This document shows, one piece after another, positions 34,437-47,400 of a stretch of DNA of 64,000 nucleotides; positions within the stretch are counted from its first letter, which is position 1; the number at the start of each line of letters is the position of its first letter. The notes under the pieces were generated by a model. The model saw only the letters and a program-made list of their open reading frames with translations. It had not been told where the DNA came from and did not search any database. This DNA comes from Epithemia pelagica. Lineage: Eukaryota > Protista > Bacillariophyta. The translations under genes were made by a program, and so were the position numbers. The stretch lies in NCBI GenBank assembly GCA_946965045.2, contig OX337230.1, positions 62,001 through 126,000 on the forward strand, read 5' to 3'.

Positions 34437-37400
34437 TTACGACGGGGATCCCTCATCACAAAGGTCAACCACGCTCTCACTACTGATGCTGGTACTGGGT
34501 TTGGGAATGTAAATGGTTCCACCATACAGTTGCTGATATTTGGCCAGGTACTCTTGGACGATTTCTTGTCCCTCACGGACCCATTGGTCTCGATTGTGCA
34601 TGGCATATAGTTCAAATATTCGTGACTGCTCACGCCAAAGACACCGCAATTTTCCAACTTTTTGGCCAAGGGAATGATATAAAAGTCAAAAAAGCCAATT
34701 TCGCCCTGATACCAACCAAGGGATGGATCCGTGCCTGTGGCACTTCGTCCCGTACAATACCCATGGTACATTTCCAAAAAGAATCGTTCGTTCCATGTTC
34801 GATAGACTTGCCAATGTTGCATGGTATGAGCCACATCGGAGGCTTGAATGAAGTGTTCAATCACAATGGTCGCCTTGCGGTTGGTACTCAAGAGCATTTG
34901 CTTTTCCTGTTCGGGGTTGGGTTGTGGAGCCGGGGGTGACTCTTGTTGTTGCTGCTGCTGACGAAGCAAGAGGGGCGACGGCGATGCTGGAGTTGCGGTA
35001 CTGTTGCTACCGCCCGTACCCGAGGATTCGGCGGCAAAGGCGACTTCCCATCGCGCTTTGCGCAAGGCATTCAAATGCTTATCCACAATGTCCGTGGCCA
35101 AGACTGTATTGACGACCAATTGTCGAAAGCGTTGAAATTCTTGCGGCGTCCGGTAAATACACGACCGCAATTCGGTATAGGCCGGCGACAAGAGCAGTTT
35201 CCACACCAAATCGATCGAATGTTGTTCGGCAATGGATTGCCGATACCGTTGGGCTTCGACCGTTTGTTCATGTACCAAGACGGCATTGGGCACTCCAGGA
35301 TGATTGGCATCGTGCATGAGTGCGGAAAAGACAACGGCAAATTGGGTCAAGGGATCACTCGTGATCCCATAGGAATGGCCCAGACCGTCCACCAATTCGA
35401 CACCCGAAGTTGAAAAGTCACCGCCAGCACTTTCAGAGGAGGAGGAGTTGGTTCGGTGTTGTGATGGATGAGAACTGCCCAAACCACTCAAGGCCAAACG
35501 GGAACTTCGATCGGCTTGGACAATCCGCGTCAAGAGTTTGCGCACGGATGCAGTCACATGGCTGGCGTGCTGTAACAAGGAAAACACAAGACAAAATGTG
35601 AGAAACAAGGACGGTGTTTCACCAATGCGCCAAGCAAATCCAAAGGTCGCGACAACCAAGAAAGAGAGAGATGCCATACCTCAAAATTGTGAAAAGGATT
35701 CGAATTGGAATACAAATGCGCAATGCTCGTGACCAAATCACGCAACTGATTCTTGACGGCAGGGCTGAGTTGGGGGAGCGCCGTGTTGCGAGGACGGGGC
35801 TGGGCATCTTGTTGTTGTTGTTCCCAGATCGTGGGTTGTGGTAATTCAATAATGGGCTGGAATTCATCCAAGGCTGTCGTCGACCGTTGACATGATTGTG
35901 CCTCGAGCTTGGACAACAAGTCTGCCATGGCCGTAGGCATCGATTCGATGCCTGGCACGTTTCCTCCGTGCTGGTCGGCGGACTCGCCGCCCTTGGTGGT
36001 AGGATTGTTCTTTTTCTTGTTGGACCAAGTGTGAAAGATGCTGATACGTCGCTGCGATTCGTCGTCCTTGGTGCTGGTGGCGTTGTCTTTGTGATTTTGG
36101 TTGGGGTTCCGGGCAGCCAAGATTTGTTGCAGCAAGGAGGCCAACACCTCCGTGTTCCATTCAATCAATCGTTGCTCTTTGCTGAGACTCTGTTCGAGAT
36201 TGACACTGTTGCTGATGTTCTGGCGAGACGAATTGTCATCATCTTCTTCGTCGTCATCCTGAAACTCTTCCACCATGTCCAATGTGGCCGTGTCCAAAAG
36301 ACTTTCTCCAGGATGTTGTTCCATGCGATCTTGCTTCTTGTTATTGTTGTTGGTGATCTTGGTACTGACCAGCCAATAGGTTTGCATTTGGCCCTTGCCC
36401 TTGACTTCGACAGCATCTTGACGTTGTTCAATCCAGGAATCCAATCCATAACGAGTCAGTTCGTGGGCTGTCGTACTAGACATTTGGACGCTGTTGGGTG
36501 CACTCGTACTGAATCAATGAAACAACATTTGACAAGGACACATCAAGGAAACGAGAAAAATACCTGTTAGATGGATGTTTCGACATGCTGTGATATAATT
36601 CGAGCGAGAGGTAACTGTTCCGTACCTTTCCATTCGAGCTGCGGTATTCCAGGGCCAGTGCATAACCCCGCGTGGCAGCTGGATTCTTGCTAGTGTTTAG
36701 CGTTCGAATAAACTTCTCAAGAACTCTAGTTCGTAACCTCTCCGTTGGCCCCTTTTCGCTCACGGGAAAGTAGGCCTGAAAAAGTTGCTCGAGCGCTGCA
36801 CATAACAACCAAACAAGGAAATGGTTGTAAGTCATGTTTGCCGGGGTTCAGTGAGGATTTGAATTTTCAATTGATAATAAGCACGTACCGGTATCTCCAA
36901 ACAGTTGGAATCGAGATCGCTCTCCACGAAGGACTCCTGCCGTAACTTGACCAGAATGGAGACCGACGCGAAGTTGAAGGTCGGCAGTGTCAGGGCCCAA
37001 TACCAGCTCCAATTGCTGAGTCAATTTGCGGAGTGTTCGAATGCAATCCTTGGCAAATCGGGCCGCAGCAATGGCATGATCATCACGGGTGTCGGGTAGA
37101 CCCGCGACGGCAACATAGCAATCCCCCACCACTTCTACCTTGAAGACACCATGACGATAGGCCAACTTGTCAAAGGCCAAGTAGATGTGTTCCAATAGCT
37201 GGAAGCAATGAGACGGCTCACGAGTCGACGACCAAGCCGTAAAGCCAACAATGTCCTGGCGCAAAAGCCGTCCAAAGAGAAATTTAGAAACATACGTCGA
37301 TTCCAATGATGAGAACGAGATTCCATACGTACTGCAAAGATGACTGTGGTCTTGAGGAACAAGTCAGCCAACGCAGGTGCATCACTGGAGGAAGGAGATG

Positions 37401-38988
37401 GATTCTCGGGATCCAACAAGTCCACAAAGTCTTCTTCTCGGTCCCTGGAGGTGTGGGCATAGAGACGATCCCGAATCTTGGTGGGGAACATGTTGGCGAC
37501 AATTCGATGTTGTCGTGTCACACGGGTCATGACCGCAATTTGTCGACGACGGACTGAAAAATCATAGATTGCAAAGACCAATACCGTAAACCCGAAAATA
37601 GCCAAAACGGCCAACGTGTAAATCAAAGCTTCGTTGGTTCGATACGAATCCTCGAATCGTTTGGATGGATAGAGAAACAAGGACAACTGTGGCATGCAAT
37701 CAATCCCTCCCGTGAGTTCTTCAACATTATCAGGATAGTCAAACTGGACAAAGGGGGCAGAAACCACCATGTCGTCGTACTTTGGATCATGCAAATCCCC
37801 GGATCCCATTGAGACGGCGTTCAAACCGTTGATCTCATATGTGACTGCGACACCATCATAGCCTACCCCGTCGCATGGACTTTTGAGGACTGCAATGATT
37901 CCGTTGGCATTATCAGGCAAGAGGTTTTCAAAGTAAGTCACCCAATCAATGGCAACATGAAGGTATCCAACCGGATCTGGGCGATCTTCAATCTTGGTCT
38001 TTTCGTGGTCGTCCAAATCGGGAACTTCCGTGAAGATTGGATGCATGATTTGACTTTCCAACTTGTCCAAGCGGGGGTCATCTGGATGAATGTTTACAAG
38101 AAACTCCATGGCTGGCGATTTGGTTGCAGAGGCCAACACATATGTGTTGTTGATCCTGGGTCCATTCCTTGCATTGTAGTTGGTCCATGCTGTTCCTGCA
38201 AGAATATAAGTTGGGTATGTTTGATAGATGGGAAGCCAAGGTCCGGGACGGTGTTCGAGCGGAAAAGTGTCATCCGTAAAATTCCAAAACCACAAACCGT
38301 CCTTGTTTCTCAATGTTGCCTCCATCTCGGCTGGGGTAACGTTGAGCTTCTCGGTGAGGAGTCCGTCCTCGTAAATCCCAATCCGCTCTTGCTCCACGTA
38401 CGCGTTCCATTGATCCCATTCTTCTTCCTCAACCTCTGGCAAGAAAATAACCCAATTTGCTTTGCTCAATCGCGCCACACGTTGGGCTCGAGCCGAAAAG
38501 TCTTCCACAGTCACATATGGCCATGAACTGTTGGTCGATGCTGCATAGGAGCTGATCGAGGCACCAAAGGCTTCAATGGCGTTGAGAGTGTTTTGCACAT
38601 TGGAACGAGAAACACTCAACACTTCGCTGGCAAAGTTGTCAAACTGATAGAACAAGATCAGACAAGACGATTGTTTTGTAAGACGACCACGATGAACAGG
38701 AGAAAGTGAGATATCACCACGTACCTGGGATTCAAAGGTTTCATCTTCATTGTTGGAAATGAGACGATGCATTGTAAAGGAAAAGATGACAACGACGACA
38801 GCCAAGACGATAAAGACGACGACACGAGACCAAAAGACGGCCGACTGCTCTTTCCGAGCGACCTGAATCTCGGAGCTGCTGGCATCACTGGTTTGGCCTC
38901 CCACATCATGGTTATCATCGTAGGAAGACGACTTGGACTTGGCGGTAACACTTTCACCGCCGCGAAGGCTTCGTGCTGTGCTCATCAT
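34437..38988 (-). pseudogene. Membrane nucleotide cyclase-phosphodiesterase fusion A (TM-sensor-TM, class III cyclase, class I PDE); disrupted
   Basis: VIFA-DIVGFTAWS, VFKVEVVGDCYVAV, RSRFQLFGDT, VKGKG..TYWL, FHNFE-HASHV, HDANHPGVPN, IQASDVAHTMQHW. A foreign insert sits in the micro-exon at 36626-36795, and a 2-nt (TA) duplication frameshifts YLNY/AMHNR at about 34616. Confidence 0.85.
36650..36795 (-). other. Captured coding fragment resembling tubulin-folding cofactor D (TBCD)
   Basis: Translates as (A)ALEQLFQAYFPVSEKGPTERLRTRVLEKFIRTLNTSKNPAATRGYALAL. This resembles my recollection of the TBCD segment AL..F...Y...N.A.RRG.ALALG. It is unrelated to cyclase sequence. Confidence 0.65.
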
Positions 38989-41085
38989 GGCGTGACGACA
39001 GAAGAGAACGAGTTTTGTTTCACTCGACCGAGAATTTTGTGACCATTCCGACCATCGCCGGATGTGCATTCTGGATTGCCAACTGGGCGTCGTCACCCTT
39101 TCATGATTTGGTTGGGACAGATTAAAAGATTTCCCCTCGCATATCATTATTATTGAAGGCTTGATCGGAGAACGACCACATTCAGGAGTATTTGCAGTAC
39201 TGATTCAAAACGTGAAAAGACAGAATCTGTTCGCAGAATGGCGGACTGTCACCAGCTTTTGGCGTGCGTTCGTTGCAGGAGGAACAACAAAATGTGAATG
39301 ACAACTTGTCGATGTGATAATCATAGGGCCCTACCATTAAGACGCTTTTGCACACCCTCCTAAATCTGGTGTTGTCCCTTTGAACTTTGAAGATCTAGGT
39401 AGACGATGCCGCATCTCGTCGCATTGTACACGAAAACTATTAAAGTGTTCTTGTAGCAACTTGTAGGGGAAATGATATTGGATAGGAGTAACAGATAACA
39501 GCCTATACTGCCTCTACTCGGACTTCTAGCTTCTAGCTAGTAGAGCTAGCGAGACGCGTAGATCTTCTTTTTTGCGTCGACTTCGCAGTAAATTCATTCG
39601 GCTTCAGTCACATTTCGAAGGTAACTGTGACTCGTAAACTCCCAACCAATAAGTATCATGGAGAGTAGACTTGTCGACGAATACGACTAGAGGGAATATA
39701 CATTCCGAATTCCGATGGGTGTTGAGATATGAGGTCAGAGCTCAGAGACACTTGGAAAACAGAGATATAGATAGAGAGCCACACTTTCTTGTACTGCGTT
39801 TGAACGCCGACAAGGAACAATCTTATACTAGGTAGATGAGTTCTGGAACGAGACGCCCCTTTGTCTAGGGAATTTTGGGAAGAAGCAGGAATGCCAAACA
39901 CAGTTCGACAGACTTGCGCAAGGGGCATCATGAGTGTCGAATTTCCAGAGTCCAGAGTCATGTCGTTCAGTACCTATAGAAAACCAAACTCTAGCAGGAC
40001 TAAAACGCCAACTCTTCTTCCATGCGTGATGGATCATCTTGTGTCAATACGAATATCATGATGACATGAGCGAGGTATCTTCTACTACGACACATTATGA
40101 CAGAGTGCGTTGACAGGTCTCTACAACATACACACAACATATCCAACCATTGTCATCCACAAGAAACCCCGACTACTGCGGGCCATGAAGAATCTCCGCC
40201 CATATAAAGCTGCTGTGATTGGGGGAAAATCACCGGAACAAATGCCGCCGTGGTAATGGACCACAACGTTTCTTCTGGAGCTCGAAACAGATGATGATAA
40301 TGTGTGCAATACGAGTACAAAAGCCGAGAGGCTATTCGAATGGTATGTGTACAACGTTTGCGTCACGGACAACGGATCCCCGACCCCAGACTCCTCCTCT
40401 GTTTCTGGAACGTTCCTCCCTAGTGCACCTCTAGTAGTGGTATGGGACTCGTCCCTCGGAATGCGGCGTCCTATCGAATAAGACGAGTACTACTACTATT
40501 GTGATTCCTTTGTGTTGCGGCATGGCCATGGCGGTGACGGACCCAGCAGCAGCAGCAGCAGCAAGTTGTTGAGAGTATCGACCTAAGTACACCTAGTTGG
40601 AAGAGGTCGATTTGGTTGTTCGGTTGGAAAAGTATATTATTGTATTTTATTTGTTTGGAACTGTTCCATTGTTCTTCGTGTAGGACTATAATATAGCCGA
40701 GACTAGACTAGCGAGAGAGTTTCGTTCTCCTCTGTAGTCCATGCTAGCTAGAAATGCTACCCACTGCCGAGCGAGCTACGCGCCGGGCCTCGAGAGGCAT
40801 GAACTTTATCCGCGACCACTGATCGCAAAAAGACACGTCAAAGACACCAACAAAAAGATCGACCCGGCAACGCAACAGTGAAGAATATAATAGACAGAGA
40901 GAGACCCTGTGTGGAGAGACGACGATGCCTTGCCCATGATTTGATCTATAGAATACTACTGGTACTACTGTGATTCCTCCATCGTTTCAAAGCGTCTCGA
41001 ACGAGAGCCGCAACTCTGTATTCCATTCGGAATCGACGGAATTCCAAAAAGAAAAACACTCGCTACAATCCAGCAGCACCTCGCA

Positions 41086-44021
41086 ATGAAACCTGCCGAA
41101 CCCATCCTGTCGTCGTCCTCCTCCTCGACACAACCGTGTGGTGTCTTGTCCTCTACCGCGGACGTTGTCGCAGCAACAACAACCACTACTACTACTACTA
41201 CTTCCTCTTCTCCCCATCGCTTGCGAGCGTCTGTGGCAGCCTTTTACGAATATGAAGTCTCGGGGTCGTTACACCAGCTGGGCGATTCCCCACACTCACC
41301 ATCATCTCCACGACAGCAAACCGAATCGGACAAATTACCACCCGCCCCCGTTCAATCCTCCAAGGTTCAGTTTGCTTTGCCCTTGACAGGCGAGCAGGAA
41401 GTAGCAGAAACAACGCAGGACGACGACAAGGACGACCAGAAGAATGCCCAAAAGTCCTCAGCAGCAGCACCAGCACCCCAATCCTCCTCCGGACGACCAC
41501 GTCCCACCATGGCCCGCAACCTGTCCATTTTTTCCTCTCTGCAACAACAACCAATGTCACGCACCGAACGACGGCGTCATGTCGTGACGGCACACGATAC
41601 ACCCTATGCCATGGGCTACCCCACCGATGGACGATTGGTACGTCCATCTGCAATCCATCGTCGAGAGTGTTTCCGAATCCACACACTCACACATTCTTGA
41701 TTCTTGTTGGCGCTCTCTTTGTTCCTTTTGTTTCTTGTCGTGGCTCGATTCTTTTCTCGTGTTTGGTTGTTCGCCGAACAAAGGTTTGGTATTGTCCTCC
41801 CTGTCAACGTCAAAAATGGGGCGATCGTCAAATGTTACCACGCGTCAATTGGGGCGATTTGTTTTTGGATTTGCACTATATCGCCGCCACGTACAATGTC
41901 TCGCTCATTTTGGTCGAACATCCACAGGGACTGGAGGGTTGGTTGTATGCCGCCGGCACCTTTTGGCCCGTCATGCAATTGTGGGTCCAATCCACCTTGT
42001 ATTCAGCCCGTTTTGCCGTATCGACGGGCGGTTCCCATCGCGACGATGTCTATCACAAGACGATTCAAATTGCCACTTTGGTCATTTTGGCCACGACCGT
42101 TTTGCACATTCGACCCGTGACCATTTTGCAACAGGCGGCCAACCATATCAGCATGTTTTGTTTCGCCCTCTGTCTGTGTCTGGCCAAACTATTGGAAGTC
42201 ACGTGGCATGTCGAAGTCCATTGGTACGGCGTCGGACAACGGCAGGCCCTGCAAGCCGTGGCACGACGCGAAGCCTTGCTAGCGCTGGGGGTCGCCACAT
42301 GGTATGGTCTCGCCGCACTCGTGGCCGCCTTGGAATTTTTTCCACGACACTCCTCACAAGCACAACACGACGACGACAACCACTCGAACGAATCCTATGA
42401 CAAGCCAGACGACCCAAACTACCAGTCTCTTCGGTGGCTGGCAGCTACTTCTAGCACCACGGATGATGATGAAACCACGACAAGAAGTAGTAGTAGTGGT
42501 ACCAATGTTCCCATTCTCTTGTGTTTGGGCGGCTTTGTCTTTCAAATGATAAGCATTCTCATTTTTGTCACGTGTTGCCTGCCCACGTCCAACAATCGGC
42601 AACCACCACCACAATCACCCGAGGAGGAGGAACAAGAGAATACGACAACCGACAAGACAAAACACACTTCCGCCAACTCTCCCACAACGACGACGACAAC
42701 GACGAGACTGCCACCCCGAATTGTTCTAGGTGGTCTCATTGCACCACCAACCGAGCGTACGCCACCGGACGACCACCTCCAGGAACACGCCGTCACGACC
42801 ACAACAACAACGCAACGCATGGTACAACCGCACGAACATGTGACCGTCCCCATGAATGTCGATTTTATTTTGCATCGGTTTGGAGAATGGACCATGCTCA
42901 TGTTGGGCGAGTCCATTTTTAGTATCTTGATTGTCAATATCCAAGACGAACGCACGGATTATTTTGGAACCTTTTACAACAGTCTCTTGACCGTCATTTT
43001 GCTCCAATATTTGCATTTCACCTCCCAACCCCATCAAGCCAAACATCATGCCCTCCGACGAAACAAGCATGCCGGGATTGCGTGGAATATTACCATGCAC
43101 ATTTATTCCCTCGCCCTCGTGGCCTTGGGAGCGGCCTATACCTTGTTTTTGTTGCATTTTGATTCCACAAACACCGATACGAAAGACCAGGACGAGACGG
43201 ACCATCGCATGGACCGCCACATGGCCGAACAAGAGACGGCGACAACTGACATGGAACCTGCGTCACACATGTTTTGTGCTTCCATGTCCATTCTCTTTGC
43301 GTGTCTAGATCTCATGACCTTGTTTCATATTGGCTTGCATCGAGCTCTGTCTCATGTCTCGTGGTGGTGGACAAAATCCCACACCAACAATAACCACCAT
43401 CCGGACGACGACCAGCATTCCCCCACCACCAACACGGCGGCGAAACGGCGAAACGCGTTGCTGTTGGGAGGAGTCCTGGTGTTGCGGGGAGCCTTGCTCC
43501 TTGGCATGGCGACGCTGAGTCAATGGGAAACCGAACCGGATCCCTTGGCCTTGTATGGGTTGATCAGTGTCTTGCTCCAACTCACCTTGCGCAAGGCAAC
43601 CACACTCTTGACGACAAACAGCAGCAACAAGAAAACGAAAAAGAAATCATCCAAGCAGCAGCACCACCATCACCACCATCACCACAAATCACATGCACAC
43701 CACCACAAGAGGCATTCCTCTCACCGACAAACATCAGACTCCATCACGGAACCAAGGAATGGAAACGACCCTCAACCCAACGATGAGAATGACGAGAAGG
43801 ATCCGTCTCATCATGGAGGTACATCCACGTGGCCCAATGTTACCACTGCCATGGTATCCATGTCCTCCGCCGCATCGTCTTCATCATCATCATCGTCCTC
43901 ATCTTCTTCTTCGTCGTCTTGGGAGGAAACGGAGGATCCTCAATCAACGACAGACAAGCTTCGGGATGACGACATCCATGACACGTATGGTCCTGAGCAT
44001 CTAGAAGAGCCTTTGGAGTAA
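41086..44021 (+). CDS. LtrA (low-temperature-requirement A)-like polytopic membrane protein
   Basis: Inferred intron 41638-41783 (phase 0). Motifs PRVNWGDLFLDLHY and HRFGEWTMLMLGESI, with many TM helices. An acidic in-frame tail continues to 44225 past the TAA. Confidence 0.7.
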
Positions 44022-44458
44022 GAAGACGAAGAAGATGATGACAACGACGACCATGACGATGAGGAATCCTTTGACAAAGAAGAGCAACATGCTTCTGAGC
44101 AAGAGTTGAATGCTCAACTCTTGTCCATGATGATGACGACTCCTTCCACCACCAATGACACGGAGGACAATCCTAGCTTACCGGAGTCTCATGGTCCACA
44201 AGAACTGCCTCCATCAGACGAGTGACGCCATCTACTGTCTCCGAAACAGACCAATCCGTACCGAAACGAGGTATCCGAGTAAAGACGACTTGTGCTATAG
44301 ATAAACAAAGGTACTATTAGTCTACACTGGTTTGTTTTACCGTCTCTCTCTATCAAGTAACAAAATTGATCACTCATTTCAAAGCCAAAGAACCATTTCG
44401 TGTACCAATGACTCACAAGAATTATCATAGCAAGTTCGAGGTAAACCGCATCATCGTG

Positions 44459-47400
44459 CTAATATGACGGTGACAAGGAGGACAATTCGGACGAGCGCCT
44501 CCGTGCAGTAACACTTCGGACAACGGATGGGTTCACGTCATAGATTTCTCGAACATGTTCCACCAATTCCTTCACCACCACTTTTCCACGCGCTTTCCAT
44601 TCTTTCAAATTGCGTTCGGCATAGTTCAAGTACTCATCGCTGGAGACACCAAAGACACCGCAGTCTTTCAATTTCTTGGCCAGTGGAATGATATAGAATT
44701 CAAAAAATCCAACCTCGCCCTGGTACCAAAAGTCAGCCGGGTTCGTTTTGGAACGCCCCATTTTGTACGCCTTGTACATTTCGGCAAACAACCTTTCGTT
44801 CCACTTACGGTACACATGCCTCAGATGACGAGCATGAGAGAAAAGAAAAGATCAGAGGGTAAGCACTTAGGTTGTATCGACACTTGGTCTCTCTACATGT
44901 GACCACCTGGTCCCCAAACAAACTTACCAGTGTTGCATTGTATGTGCGACATCCGATGCTTGAATCAAGTGTTCAATGACAATGGTGGCCTTTCGCTGAT
45001 TCGTCGCAAGAGGATCATCCGTCGCGGTTTGCTCCGAAAAGGCCAAGTCCCATCGAGCATTCCGTGAATCCTTGAGCTCCTTGTCCATAATATCCGTGGC
45101 CATGACAGAGTTGACCATCAACTTCCGAAAGCGTTGCAGTTCCTCGTTCGTTGTGTAGATCATCCGTCGGAGGTCCACGTAGCAATCATCAAAGAGTAAA
45201 TCCCATGCCACATCCACAGAGTTTTGTTCTGCGACACTGCGGCCTTTGTAGTAGCTGGCAAGCCCTTCGTTCTCCTTTACCAACTGGCTGTTGGGAACAC
45301 CCGTGTGGTCAACATCGTGAACGAGAGCCGACAGGATACAGGCAAATTGTGTCAATGGATCCGACGTGATACCGTAAGTGTGGTCATGAAGCGTTTGATT
45401 TTTGGCGGCGCTTGTTTGAAAGTCCAGGTCAGTTGGTGCAACGATTCGGGACAGCAGTTTGGATACGGACATGGTAACATGACTAGCATGTTCAAAATTG
45501 TGAAAGGGATTGTCACGGTACATGGTCGAAATCGTCGCCACATAATCGTACAACTGCGACTCGGCGTCAGGGTCAAGCGTAATCTCTTCGGGTGGAAGCT
45601 GCATCTTGGCAACTGCTGGGTCAAACTCGGGAAGTGCAATCCGGTCTTCTACTTCCTCCAGGATCGTGCGGTCCTGTTTGCGACCAAAGTCTTCTACGGG
45701 AATCATGGATTCTTCCGGGTCATGTTCATAGGCGTTCCGACGAGCGACAATGCATTTCAAATGGTGGAGCAAGACTTCCACATTCCAATCCACCAATCGA
45801 AGGATTTTCGATGTCGCCGGTGGTTGTGAAACAACTTCTTCGTCTTCTGGCTCGGTGACATCATCCGATGAAAAGGTTGCCGCGCTCCCACTGTTTTTGG
45901 CGCTACTGGCTTCTCCAAATCCTGCAGAAGAGGTCCGATGGGTGGGAGGGCAATCTCCAATTTCCTGCTTCCGTTTTCCATGACGCACTTCCAGCCAGTA
46001 GGTCCTCAATTCTCCCTTTCCCTTGGCATTGACAAGGTCTTCTCGGGGCCGTATCCACGACTGTTTACCCACTCCAATAAGCAGATCTGCTGTGTCCTGT
46101 GAAATTTGAATCTTTCCCCGTACTCCTGTCGACTCCATTCTCGACGCAGTATTCATGGTGTCCCCAAACAATTGAAACCGAGATCGTTCCCCACGAAGGA
46201 CACCCGCCGTGACAGGACCACTGTGCATTCCCATTCGAAGTGCCAAATCGGCCGTGTCTGGACCCAGTCTGGTTTCCAGCTTTTTGGTCAAGGTACTCAT
46301 CTTGACCATGCAATCCCTGGCAAAACGGGCCAATGCGACTGCATGATCGGTTCGTGGCTCGGGAACACCCGTAGCTGCAACATAACAGTCCCCCACCGTC
46401 TCCACTTTGAATACCCTTCGCCGATTGGCAATTCTATCCAAAACAAACACAGACACAAAAACGCAACATGAGACCATGTTCACAGACAGCGAATGCATTT
46501 GCGATTGTCACGACACGTACTCATCAAAGGCTCGAAACAAGGTCTCGAGCAGAATAAACACTTGACTTGGTTCGCGGGCCGAGCTCCACGCCGTGAATCC
46601 CGCAATGTCGGCAAACAAGACGGACGTTTCTGGGAATAAGTCGGCAATGGGTTGCGAATGGTACAGATCTTGGTCCATTTTGGTTTCGGTTTCATCCACC
46701 ACCACCGTACTTGGTTGAGACTTTCGTCGTCCTCGATCGGCGTCGGCCAAAAACTTTTTGAGTCGGGTTTGGATCCCCGCGTGATGATGATGATGATGGT
46801 ACGGACTAAACGGATAATGGCTTTGATTTTGCTGTTGTTGTTGTTGTGCTTCGCGCCGTTCGGCTTCTTCCTCTTCGGCCAACAATCGGTCTCGTACCGT
46901 ATCTGGAAAGAGGGACGATACAATCCGACCCGACCGCATGGCAGCCTGAACCATTTTTTGGTTCCGTCGCCGAACGGTACGATCGTACATGAAAAAGGCC
47001 ACGGCCATGAGGGCAAAAATGGCTGCCACCACACCCGCCACGACTTGCGGTAAATTGGAATGATGTTCGTTGCTCAGTTCCTGTGTGGGATACACATGGA
47101 GTTGGTACTGGCACATGGTCTGATTCCATTCTGGAGACGATCCGTCGTGTCGATTCCCCAGATCCAAGACTGTTTCCAAAAAGTCAAAATCTCTATTGTG
47201 ATGGTCTCCTTCTCCCAGATACAAGGTCTGCGCGCACACAAGTCCAAACGAAACTTGAGCGTCCACAGTTTCCCACGATACACCACCAACTCTCTGAGAA
47301 CGCACCTTGGTTCCATTGAGAAGATAGGAATGAACTTGTCCACACGAATTCCTCAATACGGCATGCACAGTGCCGGCACCTTCCCTGCAGATCCCGATAA

